Of a stretch of 64,000 nt of DNA, positions 21,516 through 30,207 are shown one piece after another. Below the pieces are notes generated by a model. The model had not been told where the DNA came from, made no database searches, and saw only the letters and a list, made by a program, of their open reading frames with translations. Position numbers and translations under genes: made by a program. The first letter of the stretch is position 1. The number at the start of each line of letters is the position of its first letter. The stretch is from Candidatus Zambryskibacteria bacterium RIFOXYD1_FULL_40_13 (GTDB lineage: Bacteria; Patescibacteriota; Minisyncoccia; Phycocordibacterales; DATDWN01), in assembly GCA_001824295.1 (NCBI GenBank), contig MHWY01000008.1, forward strand, positions 52,261 through 116,260. Direction: 5' to 3'.

Positions 21516-22628
21516 ATGCGCAACATAATAAGCATAATATTTATATTCTTTGCCTTGTTTATCTTCGGTATTAGCTATATACCCGAGACAATTGCACCAA
21601 CAAATACAAATGTAGAAGATACAGCAACAAGCACAGAGGAAATTCTCCAAAGTGAACCTACTGTAGATAAAATTGATACACCCACACCAATAAAAAACAC
21701 AACAAAAGAAACAAAACCAACCGTTTCTCAAAAATCAGAAGCGGTAATTCCAATAATCATCCCAGAAGTGATAGAACCGACCCCAGACTTTGAAAAAATA
21801 AACGTATTTGCTAGAGAAGCCACAGTAAATATTTTGTGTTCAACAAAAAATAGTGAATTCTCCCCTATTTCCGGCACGGGAATAGTTATAAGTGCCGACG
21901 GACTTATTATAACCAACGCCCATGTTGCCCAATATTTTTTACTCCGTGACCTATACCAGAAAGATTTTATTGAATGCATAGTACGCACAGGCAACCCAGC
22001 GTATCCGAGGTATAAAGTTGGGTTGGTTTATGTGTCGCCGACCTGGATAAAGTTGCACAAGTCGGAAATAACATCTCAAGACCCGCTTGGCACAGGTGAA
22101 TACGACTACGCACTCCTTCGTATTGTGGGCAGAATAGACGGCTCGCCCCTCTCACCGCTACCACACATACCAGTGAATACAAGCGAAGATATTACAACAA
22201 ACAAACCTGTAATATTAGTTTCGTATCCAGCTGGTTTCCTTGGTGGACTATCTATTCTTCAAGGATTAAACCAAGCAAGCGCGATTACAACCATTCAAGA
22301 TGTTTTCACATTCAAAGAAAATGTTGTTGATGTTATATCGGTTGGCGGAACGATTGTTTCCCAAAAGGGCTCGTCTGGGGGTGCTGTCGTGGATGGCAAA
22401 TCCTCTCTAATTGGTATTATTTCAACTAGCTCAAACGGAGATACGACAGGTAGTAGGGACCTGAACGCCATTACAATGGCTTATATAAATAGAAGTATAA
22501 AAATTGAATCTGGAATGAGTTTGGATGAACTCCTTTCTCAAAATATAGGTGCTTTTGCTACACTCTTTCAAGAAAACACCTCTCCCGAACTGACAAAAAT
22601 GCTTACTGATGAAATAACCAAAAAATAA
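21516..22628 (+). CDS. Trypsin-like serine protease (S1 family) with N-terminal TM anchor
   Basis: 370 aa; ITNAHVAQ (His) and GSSGGAVVD (Ser) catalytic motifs. Confidence 0.6.
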   Translation: MRNIISIIFIFFALFIFGISYIPETIAPTNTNVEDTATSTEEILQSEPTVDKIDTPTPIKNTTKETKPTVSQKSEAVIPIIIPEVIEPTPDFEKINVFAREATVNILCSTKNSEFSPISGTGIVISADGLIITNAHVAQYFLLRDLYQKDFIECIVRTGNPAYPRYKVGLVYVSPTWIKLHKSEITSQDPLGTGEYDYALLRIVGRIDGSPLSPLPHIPVNTSEDITTNKPVILVSYPAGFLGGLSILQGLNQASAITTIQDVFTFKENVVDVISVGGTIVSQKGSSGGAVVDGKSSLIGIISTSSNGDTTGSRDLNAITMAYINRSIKIESGMSLDELLSQNIGAFATLFQENTSPELTKMLTDEITKK

Positions 22629-22632
22629 TAGA

Positions 22633-22935
22633 TTATTTAAAACTATTGTTAGCGCTTGTCTGCACAATAGCTTGAAAATTATCTCCCTTTCCCGTCTTGT
22701 TCGGTTTTTTCTGACCACATTTTTCACATTGATGAATAATGATATATTGCTTGCCTTTTTTCTCTATCATAACTGGCTTCATCATTCCTCCACAATTCCC
22801 TGCCCTGTCTCCAGGAAACACATCAACATGTTTGGACCACAAACACTCTGGGCAATGGTTTGTATACCCGTCACCCTTAATAGAGCATCCGCATTTCTCA
22901 CAAACAAAATCCTCAGTTTTACGAATAAATGTCAT
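22633..22935 (-). CDS. RNHCP-domain zinc-ribbon protein
   Basis: 100 aa; TNHCPECLWSKH matches the eponymous RNHCP motif plus additional CxxC pairs. Confidence 0.45.
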   Translation of the reverse strand: MTFIRKTEDFVCEKCGCSIKGDGYTNHCPECLWSKHVDVFPGDRAGNCGGMMKPVMIEKKGKQYIIIHQCEKCGQKKPNKTGKGDNFQAIVQTSANNSFK

Positions 22936-22954
22936 GTAAATAGTTTAAAACTCT

Positions 22955-22987
22955 GTCGGGGTGCCGGGATTCGAACTCGAAGTCGCC
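22955..22987 (-). pseudogene. tRNA 3'-half fragment (T-arm + acceptor 3' strand), near-identical to the 3' half of tRNA-Pro
   Basis: Reverse complement GGCGACTTCGAGTTCGAATCCCGGCACCCCGAC versus the tRNA-Pro 3' half GGCGACTTCGAGTTCGAATCTCGACACCCCGA (3 mismatches); no matching 5' half is adjacent. Confidence 0.7.
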
Positions 22988-22998
22988 TAAATTTTTAT

Positions 22999-23035
22999 TA
23001 AAAAATTTCCACAGATGCCCAACGGGCATCTGGAG
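22999..23035 (-). terminator. Hairpin plus T-run downstream of tRNA-Pro (minus strand)
   Basis: Reverse complement CCAGATGCCCGTTGGGCATCTGG followed by AAATTTTTTAAT. Confidence 0.5.
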
Positions 23036-23053
23036 GTTGTTTTCAACACTTCG

Positions 23054-23126
23054 TCGGGGTGTCGAGATTCGAACTCGAAGTCGCCTGTTCCCAAAACAGG
23101 AATGTTAGCCGTTACACCACACCCCG
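23054..23126 (-). tRNA. tRNA-Pro (anticodon UGG)
   Basis: Reverse complement CGGGGTGTGGTGTAACGGCTAACATTCCTGTTTTGGGAACAGGCGACTTCGAGTTCGAATCTCGACACCCCGA; anticodon loop TTTGGGA (UGG, G37); perfect 7-bp acceptor stem. Confidence 0.85.
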
Positions 23127-23145
23127 ACGAATTTTTTAAAACACC

Positions 23146-23187
23146 CTCCCCAAAAAGGAATGCTAGCCGTTACACTACACTCCGATA
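23146..23187 (-). pseudogene. tRNA 5'-half fragment (acceptor 5' strand + D-arm + degenerate anticodon arm), Pro-like
   Basis: Reverse complement CGGAGTGTAGTGTAACGGCTAGCATTCCTTTTTGGGGAGGG versus the tRNA-Pro 5' half CGGGGTGTGGTGTAACGGCTAACATTCCTGTTTTGGG; no T-arm/3' end follows. Confidence 0.6.
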
Positions 23188-23243
23188 TTCAATAAAGTAA
23201 CCCAAACAGTCTAACATAAACAAACAAAATAACAAATTTATTT

Positions 23244-23870
23244 TTACCTTGGAGTTAGATAATACGTTGAAACTTCAATACAAATTACAACCAACAACCA
23301 CAAATATGAGACTGGGTTTGTTGCAATCAGCCACCACAAAACCGAGGTAATTATCATTGCCACAAGATGAATATGCTTAATACTTCTTTTCACTCCCAAA
23401 ACCACAGGAATCGTTCTAACCCCCTCTTTTCTGTCTTTTTCTGTGTCCCTTAAGTCCCCCACAAGATTTCTTATAGTAATCACTATTGCCACAAAATATG
23501 GAATAAGTGACGAATATCCAATTATTCCAGCAACTATAAAGAAATATTGTAAACCTCGGAACACAGGACTCAAAAAGGCTCGTTCCTTGGTTTTTCTTGT
23601 GTATAAATAGCTGAAGAATAGATAAAACAAACCTTCAATCTTCCCAAAATAAACCAGTCCAGTCAATGCTAAAACACAAACAACCACAACTGGTACCTTT
23701 GCCCTGTATGGATGAGCATGCCTATGCTCTAAATATGCCAGAAAGGCAAGATGCAAAACAACAGCCCCAAAAAGCTGGTGATATCCCGTGCCCACAACTA
23801 CGAGCAATAAAACCAAATCAGTCAATGAGTACAGCCTTATTTGCCCAAGATAATTTATAAATATCTTCAT
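23244..23870 (-). CDS. UbiA-family prenyltransferase
   Basis: Polytopic membrane protein; NLVGDLRDTEKDRKEG Asp-rich motif. Start set at the internal MKIFINY so it does not overlap yraN. Confidence 0.5.
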   Translation of the reverse strand: MKIFINYLGQIRLYSLTDLVLLLVVVGTGYHQLFGAVVLHLAFLAYLEHRHAHPYRAKVPVVVVCVLALTGLVYFGKIEGLFYLFFSYLYTRKTKERAFLSPVFRGLQYFFIVAGIIGYSSLIPYFVAIVITIRNLVGDLRDTEKDRKEGVRTIPVVLGVKRSIKHIHLVAMIITSVLWWLIATNPVSYLWLLVVICIEVSTYYLTPR

Positions 23871-23877
23871 GTATAGA

Positions 23878-24291
23878 TTAAAGCACAACATCCTCCAAAA
23901 CTGAAACCTTGAGCAACCTCCCTTCTCGGTCAAGATAGACAGTAACCACATCAAATTGCCAGTCTATATCATCCGAAATATCCTTTTCCAATAGGTACGA
24001 CTGAATCGCCCTTCCCAGCCTCTGAAGCTTCCACGGATGCATATTATCTTCTGGTCTATAAATATCACCGGAAACAGCGCCCGACGTTACATGTGTAACA
24101 CTTTTAACCTCAACAAAATGAAGCAACTTACCCTTTCTGACCACAATGTCTATTTCTCCCCATTTTCTTAGGTAATTTCTACAGACATTAGTGTAACCAT
24201 TTTTGGTTAGATAGTCACAGGCATAATCCTCCCCTATTTTGCCAATTTTTTGTTTTTCGGTTGGCTCTTTTCTCTCTCTTTTGCCAAACAT
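23878..24291 (-). CDS. yraN: YraN-family (UPF0102) endonuclease-like protein
   Basis: 137 aa; GEIDIVVRKGKLLHFVEVKS core typical of YraN. Confidence 0.6.
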   Translation of the reverse strand: MFGKRERKEPTEKQKIGKIGEDYACDYLTKNGYTNVCRNYLRKWGEIDIVVRKGKLLHFVEVKSVTHVTSGAVSGDIYRPEDNMHPWKLQRLGRAIQSYLLEKDISDDIDWQFDVVTVYLDREGRLLKVSVLEDVVL

Positions 24292-24605
24292 CTGTAAATT
24301 GTACGCTATTTCTGCATTTGTTTCATGTAAAACATATAACCCAGTTTCACGTGAAACGTTACCTGCTTTTTATTAGAAACAGACACTTTTTGGACATGTC
24401 GTATTGATTGTGTCTATATTATAAGCCGTTTTTCTAAATAGACTAGTAACGGCCAGTAAATCAGACACGAGTTAAAGACCTGTCTTTAATACACATGTCC
24501 CCAGACTTATCCACAGTTGTGACCTATTTTAACTGTTTATTGCTTGTATATATTATCCCTTTTGTTTTTTTGAGTTATAGTATATGATTATTTTGTGTTT
24601 AAAAT

Positions 24606-24676
24606 GCGGGTATGGTTTAGTGGTAGAACACGTCCTTGCCAAGGACGAGATTCGGGTTCGATTCCCGGTACCCGCA
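24606..24676 (+). tRNA. tRNA-Gly (anticodon GCC)
   Basis: GCGGGTATGGTTTAGTGGTAGAACACGTCCTTGCCAAGGACGAGATTCGGGTTCGATTCCCGGTACCCGCA; anticodon stem CGTCC/GGACG, loop TTGCCAA. Confidence 0.9.
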
Positions 24677-24849
24677 CAAAAAATACTTGTCTTTTTTGTG
24701 CGGGTAGTGCAAAGCATGCTTTGCACAGGGAATCGAAAAGCGGAGCGGGCACCTAGTCAGCAGACTGGGTCGCGAGCTGCGGACACGACTTTTCCGAGCG
24801 ACGGCGAGGAAAAAGTCGCGGAAGATTCCCGGTATTCTTAAGTATTCTG
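24677..24849. other. GC-rich structured spacer between convergent tRNA-Gly and tRNA-Arg (candidate small ncRNA / paired terminators)
   Basis: Perfect palindrome GTGCAAAGCATGCTTTGCAC; hairpin CGACTTTTCC...GGAAAAAGTCG; ~60% GC in a ~38% GC genome. Confidence 0.35.
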
Positions 24850-24921
24850 TGCACCCGGAGGGACTCGAACCCCCAAAAACAGCTTCGAAGGCTGGCATGA
24901 TATCCATTTCATCACGGGTGC
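24850..24921 (-). tRNA. tRNA-Arg (anticodon UCG)
   Basis: Reverse complement GCACCCGTGATGAAATGGATATCATGCCAGCCTTCGAAGCTGTTTTTGGGGGTTCGAGTCCCTCCGGGTGCA; anticodon loop CTTCGAA; T-loop TTCGAGT; 7-bp acceptor stem. Confidence 0.75.
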
Positions 24922-24995
24922 TTTATGTCGCTTAATTATATATTTTATTGGGACATGTTGCAATTGAATTCGAATATTGTTAAAATATTCGAAGT

Positions 24996-25454
24996 ATGAC
25001 AACTATAATATGTAGCAAATGTAAGATACTTAAGCCAATTGAGGATTTTAATTTTAAAATAAAATCAAAGGGAATTTATCAGCGTCAGTGTAAAATCTGT
25101 ACGAGAACAAACATTAGAAACCACTATATCAAGAATAAAAAATATTATCTAAATAAGGCACAGAAAAGAAACTTGGGGCTGAGAACAGAAATAAACAAGT
25201 ATATATTAGACTATTTTAAGAATCATCATTGTATAGACTGTGGTGAATCAGATCCAGTGGTGTTAGAATTTGATCATAGAGATAGGTCAGAAAAAGACGC
25301 GCATGTATCAGGTTTTCTTAGGGCAATGAGATTAGATATGGTCAAAAGTGAAATTGAAAAATGTGATGTGCGTTGTGCTAATTGTCACAGGAAGAGGACA
25401 GCAAAGCAATTTCATTGGTTTAAGTTGATAAATACGAAAAATGAAAACATTTAA
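24996..25454 (+). CDS. HNH-family endonuclease-like protein with N-terminal zinc finger
   Basis: 152 aa; CSKC...CKIC then HHCIDCGESDPVVLEFDHRD...CANCHRKRT (HNH betabeta-alpha-Me motif). Confidence 0.5.
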   Translation: MTTIICSKCKILKPIEDFNFKIKSKGIYQRQCKICTRTNIRNHYIKNKKYYLNKAQKRNLGLRTEINKYILDYFKNHHCIDCGESDPVVLEFDHRDRSEKDAHVSGFLRAMRLDMVKSEIEKCDVRCANCHRKRTAKQFHWFKLINTKNENI

Positions 25455-26910
25455 CATTCCTAAAGAGGTTACACGTGTAACAGGTGAGCTTGAGAAGGCT
25501 GGCTTTGAGGCTTTTCTTGTGGGTGGATGCGTAAGAGACCTTGTGTTGGGGAGAGTGCCAAAGGACTGGGATGTTACAACCAATGCGGTGCCAGAAGAGA
25601 TAATTGCCTTATTTAGCAAGACATTTTATGAAAACACCTTTGGAACAGTTGGGGTTGTAAACGAAGAGTGTGAAGACGAAAGTCTAAAGGTTGTCGAGGT
25701 TACTCCGTATAGAATAGAAGGGAACTACACCGACAATAGACATCCGGATAATGTTGTTTTTAGCCAAAAACTAGAGGATGACTTAAAAAGACGGGATTTT
25801 ACCATGAATTCCTTGGCCTACTCTGTTTCACGAGAAACAATCACCGACTTGTACGACGGGGAAAAAGATATAAAAGACAAGGTTATTCGAACAGTAGGGA
25901 ATCCAGTGGACCGTTTCACAGAGGATGGTTTGCGTATGTTGCGTGCAATAAGACTAAGTGCTGAACTCTCTTTTGAAATAGAGCCGGAAACAGAGAAAGC
26001 TATATTTGAAAACACGGATTTACTTAAAAACATATCCCTAGAGCGTATTAGAGATGAATTTACAAAGGTGATTATGTCAGACAGGCCCATGGATGGCTTG
26101 CTGGCTATGAAAAAACTTGGGGTAATGAAATATGTAGTACCAGAACTTGAAGGCACTTACGGAGTTGAGCAAAATAGGGCCCATTCCTACGATGTTTGGG
26201 AGCATCTAATACGGTCAGTCCAGCATTCTGCTGATAAAAAATACCCACTAGAAGTCCGTTTGAGCGCCTTGTTTCACGACATTTCCAAACCTGAGTCTCG
26301 TAGGTGGGGGAAAGAGCAAGACACATGGACATTTTATGGCCATGAAGTGCTTGGAGCAAGAACAACCAGGAAAATACTGACAAACCTTCGATATCCGACA
26401 AAAACAATAGAAAAAACAGTAACACTAGTTAGGTGGCACATGTTCTTCTCTGATACAGAGCAGATTACGCTCTCTGCGGTCCGTAGGATGATTGTAAATG
26501 TTGGACGGGAGAATATATGGGATTTGATGGATATGCGCATATGCGACCGTATAGGCACTGGTAGGCCCAAGGAAGACCCATACCGCCTCCGCAAATATCA
26601 CGCCATGATAGATGAAGCCCTGCGTGACCCTATCTCAGTTGCTATGCTTAAGATTGATGGCAAAAGATTGATGGATGTTACACATGTAACACCGGGACCG
26701 AAGATTGGTTTCACATTACACGCACTCCTTGAGGAGGTTTTAGACGACCCAACAAAAAATGCTCTGGAATATTTGGAAAACCGTGCAAAAGAGCTTATTT
26801 TACTTCCAGAAAACGAGCTACAAAGTCTTGGGGAGCAAGGAAAAATGACAAAAGAAGAGGCTGATGAGGAAGAAATCAAAAAAATACGTGGTAAACATTG
26901 GGTGAAATAG
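25441..26910 (+). CDS. cca: CCA-adding tRNA nucleotidyltransferase (Pol-beta-like head + HD domain)
   Basis: 489 aa; FLVGGCVRDLVLGRVPKDWDVTT, RDFTMNSLAY, HDISKPE; consistent with tRNA genes here lacking an encoded CCA. Confidence 0.85.
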   Translation: MKTFNIPKEVTRVTGELEKAGFEAFLVGGCVRDLVLGRVPKDWDVTTNAVPEEIIALFSKTFYENTFGTVGVVNEECEDESLKVVEVTPYRIEGNYTDNRHPDNVVFSQKLEDDLKRRDFTMNSLAYSVSRETITDLYDGEKDIKDKVIRTVGNPVDRFTEDGLRMLRAIRLSAELSFEIEPETEKAIFENTDLLKNISLERIRDEFTKVIMSDRPMDGLLAMKKLGVMKYVVPELEGTYGVEQNRAHSYDVWEHLIRSVQHSADKKYPLEVRLSALFHDISKPESRRWGKEQDTWTFYGHEVLGARTTRKILTNLRYPTKTIEKTVTLVRWHMFFSDTEQITLSAVRRMIVNVGRENIWDLMDMRICDRIGTGRPKEDPYRLRKYHAMIDEALRDPISVAMLKIDGKRLMDVTHVTPGPKIGFTLHALLEEVLDDPTKNALEYLENRAKELILLPENELQSLGEQGKMTKEEADEEEIKKIRGKHWVK

Positions 26911-27021
26911 GAATACGAATATACGAATAATGCGAATCAACGAATGGCTACGAATATGGAGCTGGTATTTTGCATTTATTCGTATACATTCGCATATTCG
27001 TATTGTTTTTCATTCGCATAT
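26911..27021. repeat. Palindromic ACGAAT/ATTCGT-rich intergenic element, copy 1
   Basis: gaatacgaatatacgaataatgcgaatcaacgaatggctacgaat ... attcgtatacattcgcatattcgtatt; the arms are reverse-complementary; homologous to 48095-48204. Confidence 0.8.
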
Positions 27022-27440
27022 ATAAAAAACCGCCCAATAATGGGGGTCCGTGGCTAGCACAGGCACTCATGATTGGGCGGTTGGGGAGAAGAGTCATCCA
27101 GCTATCCAAATAAGCCAGTTACAATAACGAAGCTCAAAAAATAGTAGATAGTGTAGGATCGTTTAAGGCTGAGCCTACTGAAAACCAAATGACCTTCTAA
27201 AGAGGGGGACTCGGCCGAGTCCCAAATATATACGAAACGCATTTCGCGACAAGGAACAAATGTAAAAATTCCACCCGACAGACTTCACAATCTATCGGAC
27301 ATCCAATTTACGTCTGAAATAAGTTTATATTTTTTTCAAAGACATGTAAAGGACATATCTAAACAAAAAGTGGATAACTCTGGACATGCTTGGTAAAAAC
27401 AACTTATAATATATGTATTATTAAATAATAAATTAAAATT

Positions 27441-27644
27441 ATGCGAGGATTACACAAGTTGACATTTTTACTTATTTTAATCGGAGGCCTAAACTGGGGA
27501 CTTGAACTCTTTGGTTTGGCTCTTGGTTCTTGGGGATTACCAGAAATGCTTGTTAAAATAGTATATGCTCTGGTTGCCCTATCAGCTATTTATGAAATAT
27601 TTGCACACAAGAGTATGTGCAAATCTTGTGAGGCAGGCCAGTAA
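27441..27644 (+). CDS. DUF378-family small membrane protein
   Basis: 67 aa; IGGLNWGLELFG motif characteristic of DUF378. Confidence 0.5.
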   Translation: MRGLHKLTFLLILIGGLNWGLELFGLALGSWGLPEMLVKIVYALVALSAIYEIFAHKSMCKSCEAGQ

Positions 27645-27761
27645 ACCAATAAAGTTTGAGAAAATAAAAAGCGCCACTGTCTAGTTGCGGTTTTTATTTT
27701 ATTCCAAACAATTGGATAAGTGCTGTTGTTTGGATAAATTGGACACGAAAAACCCCCACTT

Positions 27762-27795
27762 GCGTACAAGTGGGGGGCTACCCTTGACCTCCAGG
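27762..27795 (-). terminator. Rho-independent terminator of the GC-rich pseudo-receiver gene
   Basis: Minus strand: cccccacttgtacgcaagtgggggttttt. Confidence 0.7.
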
Positions 27796-27841
27796 GTGAG
27801 GAGCTCTCTTTACGGCAAGAGCACGAATCCATTTCTGTGTG

Positions 27842-28258
27842 TCAGTCAGCGAGCTGACACTGACAAAGAACCTCTTCCCAAGTATCGCCATAGGGTTTGG
27901 GGCTATCGAACCTTCGAGGTAGATCTAGGAAAAAATACCTGTTAGAAGGCCGTACTGCCTTCAGTGCCTCGACGAGATCAACAACCACATGGCTCGCTGG
28001 GTGGTTTGAGTCCATTGACACCACCACATTCCTTACCCTGCCAAAAGCAGCAGTGATAAGTGCAACACCATCGGGCCACTGACTGAAAGATGGCAAAACA
28101 TCAACCATCATCAAGTCAAATCTTTCCGACTTGAGGTCTCTTAACGCCGACTCGTACGTGCCATCGACCGTCACTTCATGTGCTGGCCACAGAGAGAGAT
28201 TTCTGAGTGTGTTCAGAACCTCACCAAACGGACTCGCAACAAAAATTAGGACCTTCAT
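27842..28258 (-). CDS. GC-rich stand-alone receiver-like (CheY-like, degenerate) domain protein
   Basis: Start at MKVLIFVASPFG (SD GGGAGA 6 nt upstream); FDLMMVDVLPSFSQWPDG, LITAAFG, K-P near the C-terminus resemble REC motifs but the N-terminal acidic pair is absent; ~50% GC. Confidence 0.4.
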   Translation of the reverse strand: MKVLIFVASPFGEVLNTLRNLSLWPAHEVTVDGTYESALRDLKSERFDLMMVDVLPSFSQWPDGVALITAAFGRVRNVVVSMDSNHPASHVVVDLVEALKAVRPSNRYFFLDLPRRFDSPKPYGDTWEEVLCQCQLAD

Positions 28259-28425
28259 GGTATTCTCCCTTTCAAGAAACTGTTTACGAGACATCCCCCT
28301 TCCAGAATGGAAAGGGGTGGTGTTCGTAATCTGACATAAGGATAGCATGTGTTGATTTATATGTCAAGTGTTTATTACAAAAATGTGTTGTTAATCAAGG
28401 GTTAAATCTTTTTTGTGGGGTAAGT

Positions 28426-29250
28426 TTGACACAAATATATCTTTGGAATATAATGGTTTGTATGAAAAACGACACAAAGATAGACCAAAAAGGCCTCCTA
28501 GAATCACTTGTAAGATCTGGCCTGTCAGAAAACGAAAGTAGAGTGTTTTTAGTCCTATTAGAGCTTGGTCGTGGAACAGTAACACAAATAACAAGAAAGG
28601 CCGGCCTAAACAGAACAACAGGGTACGATATTTTAGATAGTTTAGTTGTAAAAGGTCTTGCTAGTATTTCTGGCAAGGAACCAAAGGAAGAATACCTGGC
28701 CGAATCTCCAGATAAAGTCGTTTTGTTGATTGAAAAGGAAATAAACGAAAAGAACGAACAGCTTCAGAATGTAAAAAAATTATTGCCAGAGATGAGGTCT
28801 ATTCATAATGTTGCTGGAAGACCAAAGATAAGATTTTATGAGGGAATGGAAGGGCTGAAAGATGTTTACGAAGATACCCTAACTTCACACGAGGAGATTA
28901 GAGCATACGCAACCGTTGATGACATGCACATGGCTATGCCTTCTTATTTTTCTACATATTACAAAAGAAGAACAGAAAAAAATATTTCTATTAGGGCAAT
29001 CATTCCTGCAACACTCACAGGAAAAGCAAGGGCAAGCAGAGACGCGGAAGAAAAAAGACAGTCTAAACTTATTCCCCCTGATAAATACTATTTTTCACCT
29101 GAAATAAATATATATGATAATAAAGTAATGATTGCTTCGTGGCGAGAAAAACTTGGAATAATTATTGAAAGTGCAGAAATTGCTGATGCAATGAAAAAAA
29201 CTTATGAACTAGCATGGATAGGAGCGGAAGAGGAAAGTAAAAAATTATAA
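28426..29250 (+). CDS. TrmB-family transcriptional regulator
   Basis: N-terminal wHTH LSENESRVFLVLLELGRGTVTQITRKAGLNRTTGYDILDSLVVKGL; the true start may be the internal Met at ~28465. Confidence 0.55.
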   Translation: MTQIYLWNIMVCMKNDTKIDQKGLLESLVRSGLSENESRVFLVLLELGRGTVTQITRKAGLNRTTGYDILDSLVVKGLASISGKEPKEEYLAESPDKVVLLIEKEINEKNEQLQNVKKLLPEMRSIHNVAGRPKIRFYEGMEGLKDVYEDTLTSHEEIRAYATVDDMHMAMPSYFSTYYKRRTEKNISIRAIIPATLTGKARASRDAEEKRQSKLIPPDKYYFSPEINIYDNKVMIASWREKLGIIIESAEIADAMKKTYELAWIGAEEESKKL

Positions 29251-30072
29251 TATCTCTAGTTGAATAGGGCAGTGGTCGGAGCCAAGTTCGCTTGCAAGGA
29301 TTTTGGAGGATTTTATTTTTGGCAATAAGTCCTTACTTGCAAAAAAATAATCAATACGCCAGCCGACATTGTTGGCCCTGGCGTTTGCCCATGGGGCCCA
29401 CCAGGTATAGTGGCCTTTTCCCTTTGTGAAATGACGAAATGTGTCGATAAATCCAGAAGATACCATTTTATCCATACCAATTCTTTCTTCCTTTGTGTAT
29501 CCATGCTTACCTTCGTTTGGTTTGGGATTAGCCAGGTCATCTTCTGTATGTGCCACATTCATATCACCACAAAATACAACAGGTTTGGTTTTCTCTAAGT
29601 TTCCAACATACTCCAGAAATACTGGGTCCCACTGCTTGTGGCGAAGGGGGAGGCGACTTAAATCTTCTTTGGAATTCGGAGTGTAAACATTCACAATATA
29701 TAAGTCTTTAAATTCTGCCGTCAAAACACGACCTTCTGTGTTTGGGTTGCCATATTCGTCGGCTAACTTATATTTTTTAAGTAAATCCTCTGGAAAGCCC
29801 AAAGCCACACTCAAAGGGGTTTCCCCGCCTGCTCCCGACTCGTGAGGGCGGGCAGGTCTTTTGCAAAAAATAGCGGTGCCACTGTAACCCGCTTTCTCTG
29901 CCGAGTTCCAATATTCCTCGTATTCTGGCAAATCAACTTCACTTTGATGTTGTTTTGCTTTTGTTTCTTGTAGACAAATAACATCTGGCTTGTATTTCTC
30001 CACAAAGGGCAAAAATAAACCCTTGTTATGCACAGCTCTTATTCCATTTACATTCCAGGAGATGATTTTCAT
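29245..30072 (-). CDS. xth: Exodeoxyribonuclease III (AP endonuclease)
   Basis: 275 aa; MKIISWNVNGIRA, ICLQETK, SDHCPI signatures. Confidence 0.9.
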   Translation of the reverse strand: MKIISWNVNGIRAVHNKGLFLPFVEKYKPDVICLQETKAKQHQSEVDLPEYEEYWNSAEKAGYSGTAIFCKRPARPHESGAGGETPLSVALGFPEDLLKKYKLADEYGNPNTEGRVLTAEFKDLYIVNVYTPNSKEDLSRLPLRHKQWDPVFLEYVGNLEKTKPVVFCGDMNVAHTEDDLANPKPNEGKHGYTKEERIGMDKMVSSGFIDTFRHFTKGKGHYTWWAPWANARANNVGWRIDYFFASKDLLPKIKSSKILASELGSDHCPIQLEIL

Positions 30073-30207
30073 CTCAATATTTTACCACAAACAAGAACAA
30101 GAGCTTAAAATGCCTCAGGTGCTAGGCGCAGGAAGTTTTGTGAAAGAGCCGTACTGTCGTACGGTGAATGAACAAAACTGAACTGCAACAACGCAGATGA
30201 GGTATTT

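Noticed and set aside
22955-22987. A second complete tRNA next to tRNA-Pro
   Set aside because: Only the T-arm and 3' acceptor strand are present. The sequence that should form the 5' half is a terminator hairpin and the RNHCP gene start.
24584-24907. ORFs 24584-24841(+) and 24617-24907(-)
   Set aside because: Both run through tRNA-Gly/tRNA-Arg genes and the GC-rich spacer; these are artefacts of GC-rich RNA sequence.
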